From contig JAJFTD010000199.1 in NCBI GenBank assembly GCA_021373255.1, forward strand, positions 611-64,610: a stretch of 64,000 nucleotides of DNA. Direction: 5' to 3'. The notes under the pieces are model-generated. The model did not search any database. It saw nothing but the letters and a program-made list of their open reading frames with translations, and was not told the DNA's origin. Origin of the DNA: a bacterium (GTDB taxonomy: Bacteria > Armatimonadota > UBA5829). Each line of letters starts with the position of its first letter. Positions within the stretch are counted from its first letter, which is position 1. Both the position numbers and the translations under genes were made by a program. Below are positions 9,245 to 18,277 of the stretch, piece by piece.

Positions 9245-11148
9245 TCTCAAACCCTTGGGAGCAGAAGCCCGTCCGTGAAGTATGTGAGTTCATCCGTGGC
9301 TTAACATTTAGTCCGTCCGATGTAACAACATACCAGTCTGATAACAACATTGCGTGTATGCGCACGAAGAATGTTCAGAGCCGACTTGACCTATCTGACA
9401 CCATTTATGTACCAAGAGAGCTAGTTCGGGATCCAAAACAGATGCTTCGGCGTGGGGACATGCTCATATCCGTCGCTAACAGCAGTGAGCAAGTCGGTAA
9501 GTGTTGCCTCGTTGAGGAGTTGCCTTTTGAAGCTACACTTGGTGGATTCATTGCGGCCGCAAGAGCTGATGAAGCCTTGATGGCACCGCGTTTCCTCTAC
9601 TACTGGCTGAGTTCGCCGTGGATTCAGGCAAAGCTACGGCGGACGGCTCGAAAAACAACTAACATAGCGAACCTGCCATTGAGCGATGTTCAACGCTTGA
9701 TTATGCCTGTACCTCCCCTTGCGGAACAGCACAGCATCGTCGATATCCTCGATGCCGCCGATGAAGCCCGCCGCCTACGCGCTGAAGCTGATGGGGAGAT
9801 GAAGAGACTCATCCCGGCGCTGTTTGATGAGATGTTTGGAGACCCGGGTGTAACTTCGAAACAACGCGAACTAATCGAATGCGCGCATTTTGTTAGCGGA
9901 GGCACTCCTTCGAAGACCGAACCACGCTACTGGTCCGGCAATGTGCCTTGGGTATCACCCAAAGACATGAAGGTCGAGGAGCTTTGGGATGCGCAGGACC
10001 ACATCAATGCAGAAGCGGTTCAGTCTGCTGGACTCAAAGTGATTCCACAAGATAGCGTCTTGATCGTCGTGAGAGGTATGATACTGGCACATACGTTGCC
10101 GATTGGACTGAACAGAGTTCCAGTTACTATCAATCAAGATATGAAAGGCCTAATGCCTCGCTCGAATGTGAGTCCAGAGTTTCTGCAGTGGGCACTGCTT
10201 GCCCAGCGTGCGGAGATACTACGAAGCGTGCGCACCGCAGCCCACGGAACTAAGCGGTTGGAAACTGATTGGCTCACCAGTATCCGTTTGCACATTCCCC
10301 CGCGCCCGCTCCAGCGCCAGTTTGCTGCTCATGTCACAGAAATCCGCGCCATCCAAGACCAGCAGGCAAAGAGCCGTGAGGAACTGGACGCGCTATTCGA
10401 GTCTCTATTGCATCGAGCACTTGCGGGAGAGCTGACCGGAGGGACGGCCGAGACACAGACGTGGGCCGGGGCAGATATGCACGGACGTGACTTGACGAAT
10501 TTCACTCTCACAGGCAAAACCATGCGAAGAGCCAACTTGAAAGGCAGCAGATTGTGCGGAGCAATGCTTGCTTCAGCCGATCTTACCGAAGCAGTTCTGG
10601 AACACGCCGATCTTTCTGGTGCAAACTTGGCGGATGCCCAGTTGGGCTGGACAAAACTTAGGGGCGTGAACTTGCAAGATGCTAATCTTGAGAATGCCAG
10701 TCTAATCGGTGCCGACCTGCGGGATTCCAGCTTGGTTGGATGTAAGCTTTCTGGCGCTAATCTGACGTTGGCAAGGTTGGATAACCTTGATCTTTCCATG
10801 CTTGACCTAACGAATGTCAATCTGCGCGGTTCCAGTCGCGACGGATGCAAGATAGGCGATCTACACTTGGCAAGCGCTAAGCGTCGCCCTATTTGGTGGA
10901 GACTTTCAGATAGCCAGCGTTCAGTATGGAGCGCTATCATGCTTATCAAAGGGATATTCGAGGTGAAAGATGTGCTGGACGAACTTCGCTATTATCCTGG
11001 AGACTGGTCCAATAGCGAGCATATTCGTGGCACGCTCGATCTACTGGTGAGCCTGGCTGTACTGATAAAGGTGGACCGACGCGAAGCGTTTGGCTGGCGT
11101 AGATTCGATCCGGACACAGACCAGGAGGTAGTCATTGAGGATATATAA
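9241..11148 (+). CDS. hsdS: type I RM specificity subunit (HsdS) fused to a C-terminal pentapeptide-repeat domain
   Basis: Two target-recognition domains are separated by the conserved 'LPPLAEQHSIVDILD...' region and followed by 'LPPRPLQRQFAAHV...'. Then come 17 consecutive A(D/N)LXX pentapeptides (about 10573-10830) and roughly 105 aa of unknown sequence. The start overlaps the hsdM stop (ATGA). Confidence 0.75.
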   Translation: MISNPWEQKPVREVCEFIRGLTFSPSDVTTYQSDNNIACMRTKNVQSRLDLSDTIYVPRELVRDPKQMLRRGDMLISVANSSEQVGKCCLVEELPFEATLGGFIAAARADEALMAPRFLYYWLSSPWIQAKLRRTARKTTNIANLPLSDVQRLIMPVPPLAEQHSIVDILDAADEARRLRAEADGEMKRLIPALFDEMFGDPGVTSKQRELIECAHFVSGGTPSKTEPRYWSGNVPWVSPKDMKVEELWDAQDHINAEAVQSAGLKVIPQDSVLIVVRGMILAHTLPIGLNRVPVTINQDMKGLMPRSNVSPEFLQWALLAQRAEILRSVRTAAHGTKRLETDWLTSIRLHIPPRPLQRQFAAHVTEIRAIQDQQAKSREELDALFESLLHRALAGELTGGTAETQTWAGADMHGRDLTNFTLTGKTMRRANLKGSRLCGAMLASADLTEAVLEHADLSGANLADAQLGWTKLRGVNLQDANLENASLIGADLRDSSLVGCKLSGANLTLARLDNLDLSMLDLTNVNLRGSSRDGCKIGDLHLASAKRRPIWWRLSDSQRSVWSAIMLIKGIFEVKDVLDELRYYPGDWSNSEHIRGTLDLLVSLAVLIKVDRREAFGWRRFDPDTDQEVVIEDI

Positions 11149-12724
11149 GTTGTGGTTAGAGGACTACTACAACCTCAAGGATTGCACCATCCGCTTCAGG
11201 GACTGCGACTCGATATATGGGTCCGCCAGTATAAGGTTTTTTGTTGGGCTTAATGGGTCAGGGAAATCGCGAGCACTTGAGGCCATCGGCCTCATATTCA
11301 GCCACCTCTCCGCTGACCGCTGTCCTGGGATCGGTTTCGAAATAGATTATGAGCTGAATGGAAGGCAGATCCGCGTTTCTACTCGCAAGGGAAAGATCCT
11401 TGACAGGATCGGCGTTGCACTGATGACTCGAGAGTCGGCAGACGCCGAATGGGAGGATCAGGAAGTTTGGGCTTCGTCCGGCACCGGCATTGTGCCCACC
11501 CTAGTGGTAGGCTACTCTACGGGTCCGACAACGGGTCTGCCCTGGACAATGGTCCAGTCAATCGACAAACGCGCGAAGGACATCCGCGAACCAGAGTCCA
11601 GATCTGGAGGCGATTACTCCACTGAGGAACTGGCTGAGGATCAGCAGAAATCTGCCGACCAACAAGATGTCTACTATGCCGAGTCCAACACGATCTTCTT
11701 GGGTGGCGATGACGCGCTATGTGCAGTGATACCTCTACTTGCCCACGATGGGGTCGCGCCGGAAGAGGTAAAGCGTTACAAGCGTCGACGTAATGGCGTG
11801 ATGGATCGGGTCGGGCTTGACCGCGATGAGCCGCTTCAGGCCTTTTCCCTGCTAGTTGCGGGAGACTGGAGAACAAAGCTCTCCCCACGGCGGAGGACAG
11901 CGCTTAGTCGCCTGTTGCGTCGAGCGCACGGCATAGTCCCGGTTGACGTAGATTCTACTGATAGCGTGCCTCGAACTTCAGACAGCGAGGAAGCACTATC
12001 TGACTTCTGCGCGGCATTCGACATTGACCCGGAATTTCAGGACGTGGTCCTGAAGAAGCTCTATCCAAGACCTCTGGCATTCTTTCGTGAGCTGCTAGCT
12101 TGGAAACGCCAAGGCGCGCTTAGGGAGATCCACTTGGTGCTAAAGAAAAGCGACCCGACCGTCAGGGCACTCTTGCCGGAAAACGCCCTCTCGGACGGCG
12201 AGTACTTATACCTTGGCAGGAACGCCTTGCTGCTGATGGTGCGTGAGACGCCCGAGAGTCTGGTCCTGTTCGACGAACCGGATACACATTACAATGACCA
12301 GTGGAAGAAGGAGATGGTTCAGGACATTAGGCGTTGCCTTAGGGATGTAGACCCCGGATACTCCAAGAGCAGCTATCTGACTGAGGTCTTGGTAGCTACT
12401 CACTCCGACCTAACTCTGACTGATGCCGACCCGAGACAAGTTTACTACTTCGATAAGGGCCAGGTGCGCCCGTCGGTCCCAATCCTCTCATTTGCTGCCG
12501 ACAGAGATCAGGTATCGAAAGCTCTTTCAAATTCCGATGGATCGGTGCGCAGCTACTCGGAGCTGATGGTGGAACGCGCTCTAAGAGGAAAGAGCGAAGA
12601 GCGTGTAAGGGAACTACTGGATATTACCGGCCCTGGATTCACGCGCTACTTGCTCCGCAGGAAACTGGCTAGTCTAACTGGCGATAGCAATTCCGGAGGC
12701 GAAGATGCTTCTTCGTCTGAATAG
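11135..12724 (+). CDS. AAA_15/AAA_21-type ABC-like ATPase, Septu PtuA-like
   Basis: Walker A is 'GLNGSGKS'. Walker B and the D-loop are 'LVLFDEPDTH...VATHS'. The start is TTG, with an RBS 'AGGAGG' 6 nt upstream. The gene is followed by an overlapping HNH gene. Confidence 0.55.
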   Translation: MRIYKLWLEDYYNLKDCTIRFRDCDSIYGSASIRFFVGLNGSGKSRALEAIGLIFSHLSADRCPGIGFEIDYELNGRQIRVSTRKGKILDRIGVALMTRESADAEWEDQEVWASSGTGIVPTLVVGYSTGPTTGLPWTMVQSIDKRAKDIREPESRSGGDYSTEELAEDQQKSADQQDVYYAESNTIFLGGDDALCAVIPLLAHDGVAPEEVKRYKRRRNGVMDRVGLDRDEPLQAFSLLVAGDWRTKLSPRRRTALSRLLRRAHGIVPVDVDSTDSVPRTSDSEEALSDFCAAFDIDPEFQDVVLKKLYPRPLAFFRELLAWKRQGALREIHLVLKKSDPTVRALLPENALSDGEYLYLGRNALLLMVRETPESLVLFDEPDTHYNDQWKKEMVQDIRRCLRDVDPGYSKSSYLTEVLVATHSDLTLTDADPRQVYYFDKGQVRPSVPILSFAADRDQVSKALSNSDGSVRSYSELMVERALRGKSEERVRELLDITGPGFTRYLLRRKLASLTGDSNSGGEDASSSE

Positions 12725-13769
12725 ACCAACTTGCCAGCATGAGTTACGGTGCGTCTCTTGCATGCTCAGTCAGGTATTTGGCTATCTGGCAGAGCAGGAG
12801 AGCACAGCTCTTGACAAAGATGATCTAGAGAAAGCGGTCCACGTGTCAGCGGTCTTGCTTGGCCGGCCGAAGTTCATTGAATATCTCAATACGATTTTGC
12901 AGGAGAGCATGGATGATCGAAAGTGCCTTTGGAACGCCTTTCTCCACGATGTCGACTACCTGAGTCAGAGGACCAGCGCGGAGTTCACACTGGCGTTCGA
13001 CACGTTGCCGGAGAGCATACGTGCCACCACGCGCGAGCTGCTGGGTTGGCTCTATGACGATGTGTTTGTAGATGGATGTTTTCGTGGACTGCCCACCGCT
13101 AATGGGAAGGACCTTAACCGTGCTGTCTATTTCGATTCGCACGAAAAGGCCAACCCCCGGGCATCCAAGATCTGCCCGGTGTGCCTGCAGCCTATCAACG
13201 AGCTAGCCAACGCTGAATGCGATCACTTTCTACCGAGAAACCATTATCCTGCCCTGGCGATCCATCCCGATAATCTGGCCTTTGCCTGCGGCGGATGTAA
13301 TGGCAAATATAAACTAGCGCAGGACCCTCTCAGGGAGGGAACTACAGGGAGTCGGTGTCTTCTTGATAGCTACCTACCATATGAGCGCCCGGCTGAGGAC
13401 GAAGTTGATCTGCAGTTTCAAGTGGACAGCACGTTTCGCACTGCCACGCTGTTTGTGGCGCATCCGCAAGATGACGGACACGCAAGTGAGCGCCTAGGGA
13501 ATCTCGAAAGGCTCTACAGACTATCTAGGAGATTCAGCAGTTTCTTACCTGACACGTACTGCGAGCTTGCGGATCAGATACGGATCGCCATAGGTGAGGG
13601 GCGCGAAAGGGACGTGGTGCTAGGCCAACTGCAGAGCATAGGCAGATCACGCCTGCCGGACTACTACCTGAAGAGCCGGCTGGCGAGGTGGATTGCTGGC
13701 ACTGATTTTGACCAGTTCTATCAGTGCTACCTAGATCCCGACTGGATAGTCTCCTGGAGGCGAAGATGA
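12705..13769 (+). CDS. HNH endonuclease, Septu PtuB-like
   Basis: The HNH signature is 'CPVCLQPINELANAECDHFLP...HPDNLAFACGGCN'. The gene overlaps the ATPase gene by 20 nt. Confidence 0.55.
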   Translation: MLLRLNRPTCQHELRCVSCMLSQVFGYLAEQESTALDKDDLEKAVHVSAVLLGRPKFIEYLNTILQESMDDRKCLWNAFLHDVDYLSQRTSAEFTLAFDTLPESIRATTRELLGWLYDDVFVDGCFRGLPTANGKDLNRAVYFDSHEKANPRASKICPVCLQPINELANAECDHFLPRNHYPALAIHPDNLAFACGGCNGKYKLAQDPLREGTTGSRCLLDSYLPYERPAEDEVDLQFQVDSTFRTATLFVAHPQDDGHASERLGNLERLYRLSRRFSSFLPDTYCELADQIRIAIGEGRERDVVLGQLQSIGRSRLPDYYLKSRLARWIAGTDFDQFYQCYLDPDWIVSWRRR

Positions 13770-14671
13770 GCGATATCAAGCTATTCCGCATGGACAAGAA
13801 CTCCGTAACTGAGATCAAAGGCACATCGGTGGCTTTGGAGAAATCCCTGCAAGTCCTGATAGAGGAGCACCTTGAGGAGTTCTTGGGAGTCCGGTTCCTG
13901 GCAAGTGAGTTCACGACTGGCCCCAAACACGGCGGCCGCATCGACACATTAGGCATCGACGAAAACGGCTGCCCGGTGATTATCGAATATAAGCGGGCTA
14001 TCAACGAGAACGTTATCAATCAGGGCCTGTTCTATCTCGATTGGCTGCTGGATCATACGGGCGAGTTCACCTTACTCGTAATGAACAAGCTGGGGAAGGA
14101 CGTTGCCGATTCTATCGCTTGGAACATACCAAGGCTGCTGTGCATTGCCGGTGATTTCACCAAGTATGACGAGCACGCAGTCCAGCAGATCGGCCGCAAC
14201 ATCGAGCTCATTCGTTACCGGCACTATGGCGACCTGTTGCTACTCGACTTGGTAAACGCGGCCCGCACAGAATCCGTCCAGGAGTCAGCGCAACCCAGTG
14301 GGGGGAAGCAGAAGACCTGGGATAAGACCGTGTCTGAGCAGTTGGAGCAGGCCGACCAAGGCACAAAAGACCGCTTTGAGAGTATCAAGGCTTACCTGCT
14401 GGCCTTGGGCGACGACGTCCAGATGAACACGCTCAAGCTCTATGTGGCGTTCAAGAAGATCAAGAATTTCGTGTGCGTGCAGGTCCAGCCAAAAGTCATC
14501 ACGCTGTATCTCAGGCTAGACCCTGCGTCGGTTGAGATAGAAGACGGCTTCACAAGAGACGTCAGCAAGATTGGACACTGGGGCACTGGCGACTTGGAAG
14601 TGGTCATTCGCTCTGACGATGACTTTGAGAAAGCACAACCCTTATTGGCGAAGGCCTACGAGTTAAGCTAG
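13766..14671 (+). CDS. PD-(D/E)xK nuclease-fold protein with a C-terminal domain that resembles DUF5655 from memory
   Basis: The core 'GGRIDTLGIDENGCPVIIEYKR' gives D...E-x-K. The RBS and start context 'GGAGGCGAAGATG' is identical to that of the HNH gene. Confidence 0.45.
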   Translation: MSDIKLFRMDKNSVTEIKGTSVALEKSLQVLIEEHLEEFLGVRFLASEFTTGPKHGGRIDTLGIDENGCPVIIEYKRAINENVINQGLFYLDWLLDHTGEFTLLVMNKLGKDVADSIAWNIPRLLCIAGDFTKYDEHAVQQIGRNIELIRYRHYGDLLLLDLVNAARTESVQESAQPSGGKQKTWDKTVSEQLEQADQGTKDRFESIKAYLLALGDDVQMNTLKLYVAFKKIKNFVCVQVQPKVITLYLRLDPASVEIEDGFTRDVSKIGHWGTGDLEVVIRSDDDFEKAQPLLAKAYELS

Positions 14672-14699
14672 CATCCCGCAGGCAAGGAGAACCGAACAG

Positions 14700-15578
14700 A
14701 TGGGCCAGTTGAACTACCGCAAACACGAGCCGTTATCGCTGAAGAATCACCCAGATTTCGACGAGAAACGGCTCCAGGGCGTAATCGAAGAAGACCCCTC
14801 CATACTTGGACTCGGCGATCTGGAGGTCAGGGACGTAGAGCGAATCCAGCCCAAGGCGGGGCGGCTCGATCTGCTGCTCCGAGATCCCGAGACGGGGAAG
14901 CGCTACGAGGTCGAGATCATGCTCGGCGCGACTGACGAAAGCCACATCATCAGAACCATTGAATACTGGGACATCGAGCGAAAGCGTTACCCCCAGTATG
15001 ATCACTGCGCTGTGATCGTGGCCGAATGTGTCAATTCCAGATTCCTCAACGTGATCGGTCTCTTCAACAGTGCCATTCCAGTCATCGCAATACAACTCAA
15101 TGCCCTGAAGCTCGGTGATGACATAGTTCTCAGTTTCACGAAGGTCATTGACGAGGCCGCCTTGGGACTGGACGACGAAGACGAAGGCTCTGGCGGTAAG
15201 AGTGTCGACCGAGCTTACTGGGAGACAAAGGGCTCGAAGAAGTCGGTGGCGATTGTCGATGAATGCCTGGAGATCCTTCGAGAAGTTGATCCCCAATTGG
15301 GGCTAAATTACAACAAGAACTACATTGGCTTGGCCAATAGGCACGGCGTTAACAACTTTGTAGTGTTCCGCGCCAAGAAGAACTTCATCCGCACCGAGGC
15401 TAGGGTGCCCGACCAAGAGTCCTGGAAGATTCGGCTTGAGGAGGCTGGTATTGTGGTGCTGCCTGGCGTCACGATTCGAGAGAGGCTGCATTTCCGCTTG
15501 ACCAGCAAAGACATCAAAGCGAATCGCGAAATGCTGAAGGAGCTCTTCCAGACGGCGTACGCCAAAGATCAGGAATAG
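14700..15578 (+). CDS. paralogous nuclease-like protein ('GRLDLLLRD...YEVEI') with a similar C-terminal domain
   Basis: Its architecture parallels the preceding gene. An RBS 'AAGGAG' is present. Confidence 0.4.
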   Translation: MGQLNYRKHEPLSLKNHPDFDEKRLQGVIEEDPSILGLGDLEVRDVERIQPKAGRLDLLLRDPETGKRYEVEIMLGATDESHIIRTIEYWDIERKRYPQYDHCAVIVAECVNSRFLNVIGLFNSAIPVIAIQLNALKLGDDIVLSFTKVIDEAALGLDDEDEGSGGKSVDRAYWETKGSKKSVAIVDECLEILREVDPQLGLNYNKNYIGLANRHGVNNFVVFRAKKNFIRTEARVPDQESWKIRLEEAGIVVLPGVTIRERLHFRLTSKDIKANREMLKELFQTAYAKDQE

Positions 15579-15644
15579 CATTGCAGCGCATGCACATCGA
15601 CTCTGCGGCCAAGCGAACTGTGTCTGAGCGCTCGCTCACGAGAA

Positions 15645-15977
15645 GTGAAACAGAAGCAAGTCATGAACGTCGACCGACCGACATTGACCTTACACGAGGC
15701 GATGGTACAGATACTCAGCAAGTGCGCCGACCAGACGGCTGAACATGTATACCTGGCTTCGGAGATAAGGCGGCAGACTCTCTACTGGCAGAATGACGGC
15801 AGCGCGGCCCCTTCTGGCCAGATTGCCGTAAGAGCCAGGAATTACCCGGACCTGTTCGAGAAAATTCTGGCTGATCAAGTTAGAGGCCAGAGGGCAAAGA
15901 TAAGGCTCAGGTATGGGTCTGACAGCACTGGCACCGACGTGTGGACCCGTGATCATTGCACAAGAGAACTGGAGTGA
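15645..15977 (+). CDS. hypothetical small protein
   Basis: ORF only. No motif recognised. Confidence 0.3.
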   Translation: MKQKQVMNVDRPTLTLHEAMVQILSKCADQTAEHVYLASEIRRQTLYWQNDGSAAPSGQIAVRARNYPDLFEKILADQVRGQRAKIRLRYGSDSTGTDVWTRDHCTRELE

Positions 15978-16009
15978 ACTCAAGTAGCCGCGCTCATTGA
16001 GGCGGGTGA

Positions 16010-17773
16010 ATGACAACTATGGAAACCCCGGACCTTGGTGAACAAATGGACTATGCCAAGACAATAGGAGAACTGGGCGATGTAGTCATGCTTGCGGCCC
16101 ACTCAATGCATGCTAAGCTCGACATCAGCGTTATTCCGCCAATGCGTCGCGTAGCTTGGCCTGCTTGGGATGGCTTTCTGCCCTGGCGATATCCTGACGA
16201 AGCTTATGAAAGCATGGCTGTGTTAGTACGAACAGCGGGCCGGTCGGATGACTGGCTCAGGATGGGGTTCACCGGTCAATCGGGAGCGTCCTCCTACGCG
16301 GCGGAAGAGCACCTGCGCACGTGGAACACCCGTCGCAGCAAGGACCCGGACAAGGCAGCATTTGCCGACGATGTGTGCCGCAACCGATGGCCGCTTGTGG
16401 GTATTGACGAGCTGGCTAACCGTGTGGACGGGCTCGCACGGTATCTTGAAAAGAATGCACCATCGCTGCAGCTTACTGGGTTTCCAGAAACGAGATACCA
16501 GGACTCATTCTGGTTTCATGCCGGATTTGCCACAGTCTATCCAACAAGACTCCCCGTGTACGTTCTGCATCATGCAAGCCCCGCAGACACCTACACGTAC
16601 TTGTGGCCCCGCCAGCCGGCTGCCAGTCTTGACGTCGGTGAGTTGCGGACTCTATTACCTACCGCATTTGGTGAGGGTCCCGGGTTCTGGTATGGTTCGG
16701 GCTTTCGCGCTTACACCTGTGACTGTGAGTTGGTGCAGTGTGTTCCGTACCCTCAGTCGGCTCTATTGGAGTGTTTTACGAGCGCAGATGAGTTGTTGAT
16801 CCCGCGTCTGCGGACGAAGGTCATTGAAATCGGTCGTGCGATTCTTGCGGAACTGTCTAGTTCTCTAACCTCAAGAAACCCGCAGAGCCTTAGACATCGA
16901 TGCGTATCGATACTGACCGAAAGCCTTGATGCGAATGAGTTCGACAGTCTGGCGCTGGCGGATTATGGGATGACCCACAGCCTGGGGCTTGGTTACTCCG
17001 CACTGGGGTGCTACAATCTGGTTCACGGGGGTTTCCTCAGCAACCTCATCACGCTGATTGGCCATTGCGAGGAAGAACTTGCGGTCGGCCGCCTCTGGCA
17101 GACTCGACAGGCTATTGCCGGCGCTTTCTCCAGTGCCATTGCATTCGATGGTTTCGCTCCCGTGCGGTTCTGGTATGACGAAATTGATGGAACAGAGGAT
17201 CAGATCGCTGTCGACCGGGCATATGAAGTGTTCCACTCTCGCGCAAGCCAAGAGAGGGCATTCTGGGACTCATTCCGCCGTTGGATGATTGGGGTTCGGG
17301 ATGAGTTCTACACAGAGATATTTGGGGAGCGAGTCAGACGCCGCAACCAGCCCGAGTTTGAGGCCTATATGCGACAGATGGCAAGACTGGCAGCGAGTTC
17401 CGTAGAACTGACAGGCCAGCTTCCACAGAGCCGGGTCTTTCTGGAAGGTCAAGCTGATACTTGCACTTCTGTCCAGCCCACCATTAACCAGCCTGACCAA
17501 GGCGGCTCGAGGCACCAGTTCCGCCACTGGGACAACTATCGCCAAGTCGAGCGAGATGGCGTCACATATTCCCTTTCCCCCGCGCAGGCTCAGGCCGTCA
17601 GAGTACTTCTCGAAGCACGCGAGGCAGGAGAACAAACCTTATCGGCAGCCACGCTTCTTTCCCGTATGGGGGAACTTGCTCCACTAAGAATTAGCGAGAT
17701 ATTCAGAAGCAATGATCCTCGTAAAGCATTGGTCAAACGGATCGCCAAAGACTCCTATGAGCTGAATATCTGA
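16010..17773 (+). CDS. hypothetical protein of 587 aa, function unknown
   Basis: A long ORF in the same orientation as the element cargo. No recognisable motif. Confidence 0.5.
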   Translation: MTTMETPDLGEQMDYAKTIGELGDVVMLAAHSMHAKLDISVIPPMRRVAWPAWDGFLPWRYPDEAYESMAVLVRTAGRSDDWLRMGFTGQSGASSYAAEEHLRTWNTRRSKDPDKAAFADDVCRNRWPLVGIDELANRVDGLARYLEKNAPSLQLTGFPETRYQDSFWFHAGFATVYPTRLPVYVLHHASPADTYTYLWPRQPAASLDVGELRTLLPTAFGEGPGFWYGSGFRAYTCDCELVQCVPYPQSALLECFTSADELLIPRLRTKVIEIGRAILAELSSSLTSRNPQSLRHRCVSILTESLDANEFDSLALADYGMTHSLGLGYSALGCYNLVHGGFLSNLITLIGHCEEELAVGRLWQTRQAIAGAFSSAIAFDGFAPVRFWYDEIDGTEDQIAVDRAYEVFHSRASQERAFWDSFRRWMIGVRDEFYTEIFGERVRRRNQPEFEAYMRQMARLAASSVELTGQLPQSRVFLEGQADTCTSVQPTINQPDQGGSRHQFRHWDNYRQVERDGVTYSLSPAQAQAVRVLLEAREAGEQTLSAATLLSRMGELAPLRISEIFRSNDPRKALVKRIAKDSYELNI

Positions 17774-17902
17774 TCTCCGAAGCAGTTACGCCTCAATTAC
17801 GCTCCAATAACGCCCGACCTACGCCTAATGACTCCTGCTTTGCCGCTATGCTGAAGATGTGCATGGCCCGGCAAGAGTCCACGCATACAATCTCCTCCTG
17901 AA

Positions 17903-18277
17903 TTGGGAGGATTAGAAGCCCTGAGAGAGCCTTGCCGGGCCTGCCTCTCGGGGCTTTTCTACTTCTCTGTAAGGCGATTAACGATGTGTGGTAAGCATCA
18001 GGAAATCAAAGTGATCATGGAGTTGGCGGATTCCGCAATCCCGTCGGATGCGGACACTGTCGCTGACGCGCTCGCCCTCGACTTGCAGTCGGACGTCGTG
18101 ACGCGCTGGAGCGACGAAGTCCGGGAGGCCATCGCTTGCTCCAAGCGCATTGCAAATCCACTGAGCCCGGTGCAGGCCAACTTGGCTGCGCAGAGAAGAG
18201 ACGAGATTCAAGCCAGGATCACCTTACTAGAGAGGGAGTTGCTGGAACTAAGGAGCGTAGACTATGAGCATAAATAG
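17903..18277 (+). CDS. hypothetical small protein
   Basis: The ORF ends by overlapping the start of the primase gene. Confidence 0.3.
   Translation: MGGLEALREPCRACLSGLFYFSVRRLTMCGKHQEIKVIMELADSAIPSDADTVADALALDLQSDVVTRWSDEVREAIACSKRIANPLSPVQANLAAQRRDEIQARITLLERELLELRSVDYEHK

Noticed and set aside
16248-16799. Alternative-frame 183-aa ORF inside the 587-aa hypothetical gene
   Set aside because: It is fully nested in a longer co-directional ORF and has a Pro/Arg/Thr-rich, out-of-frame composition.
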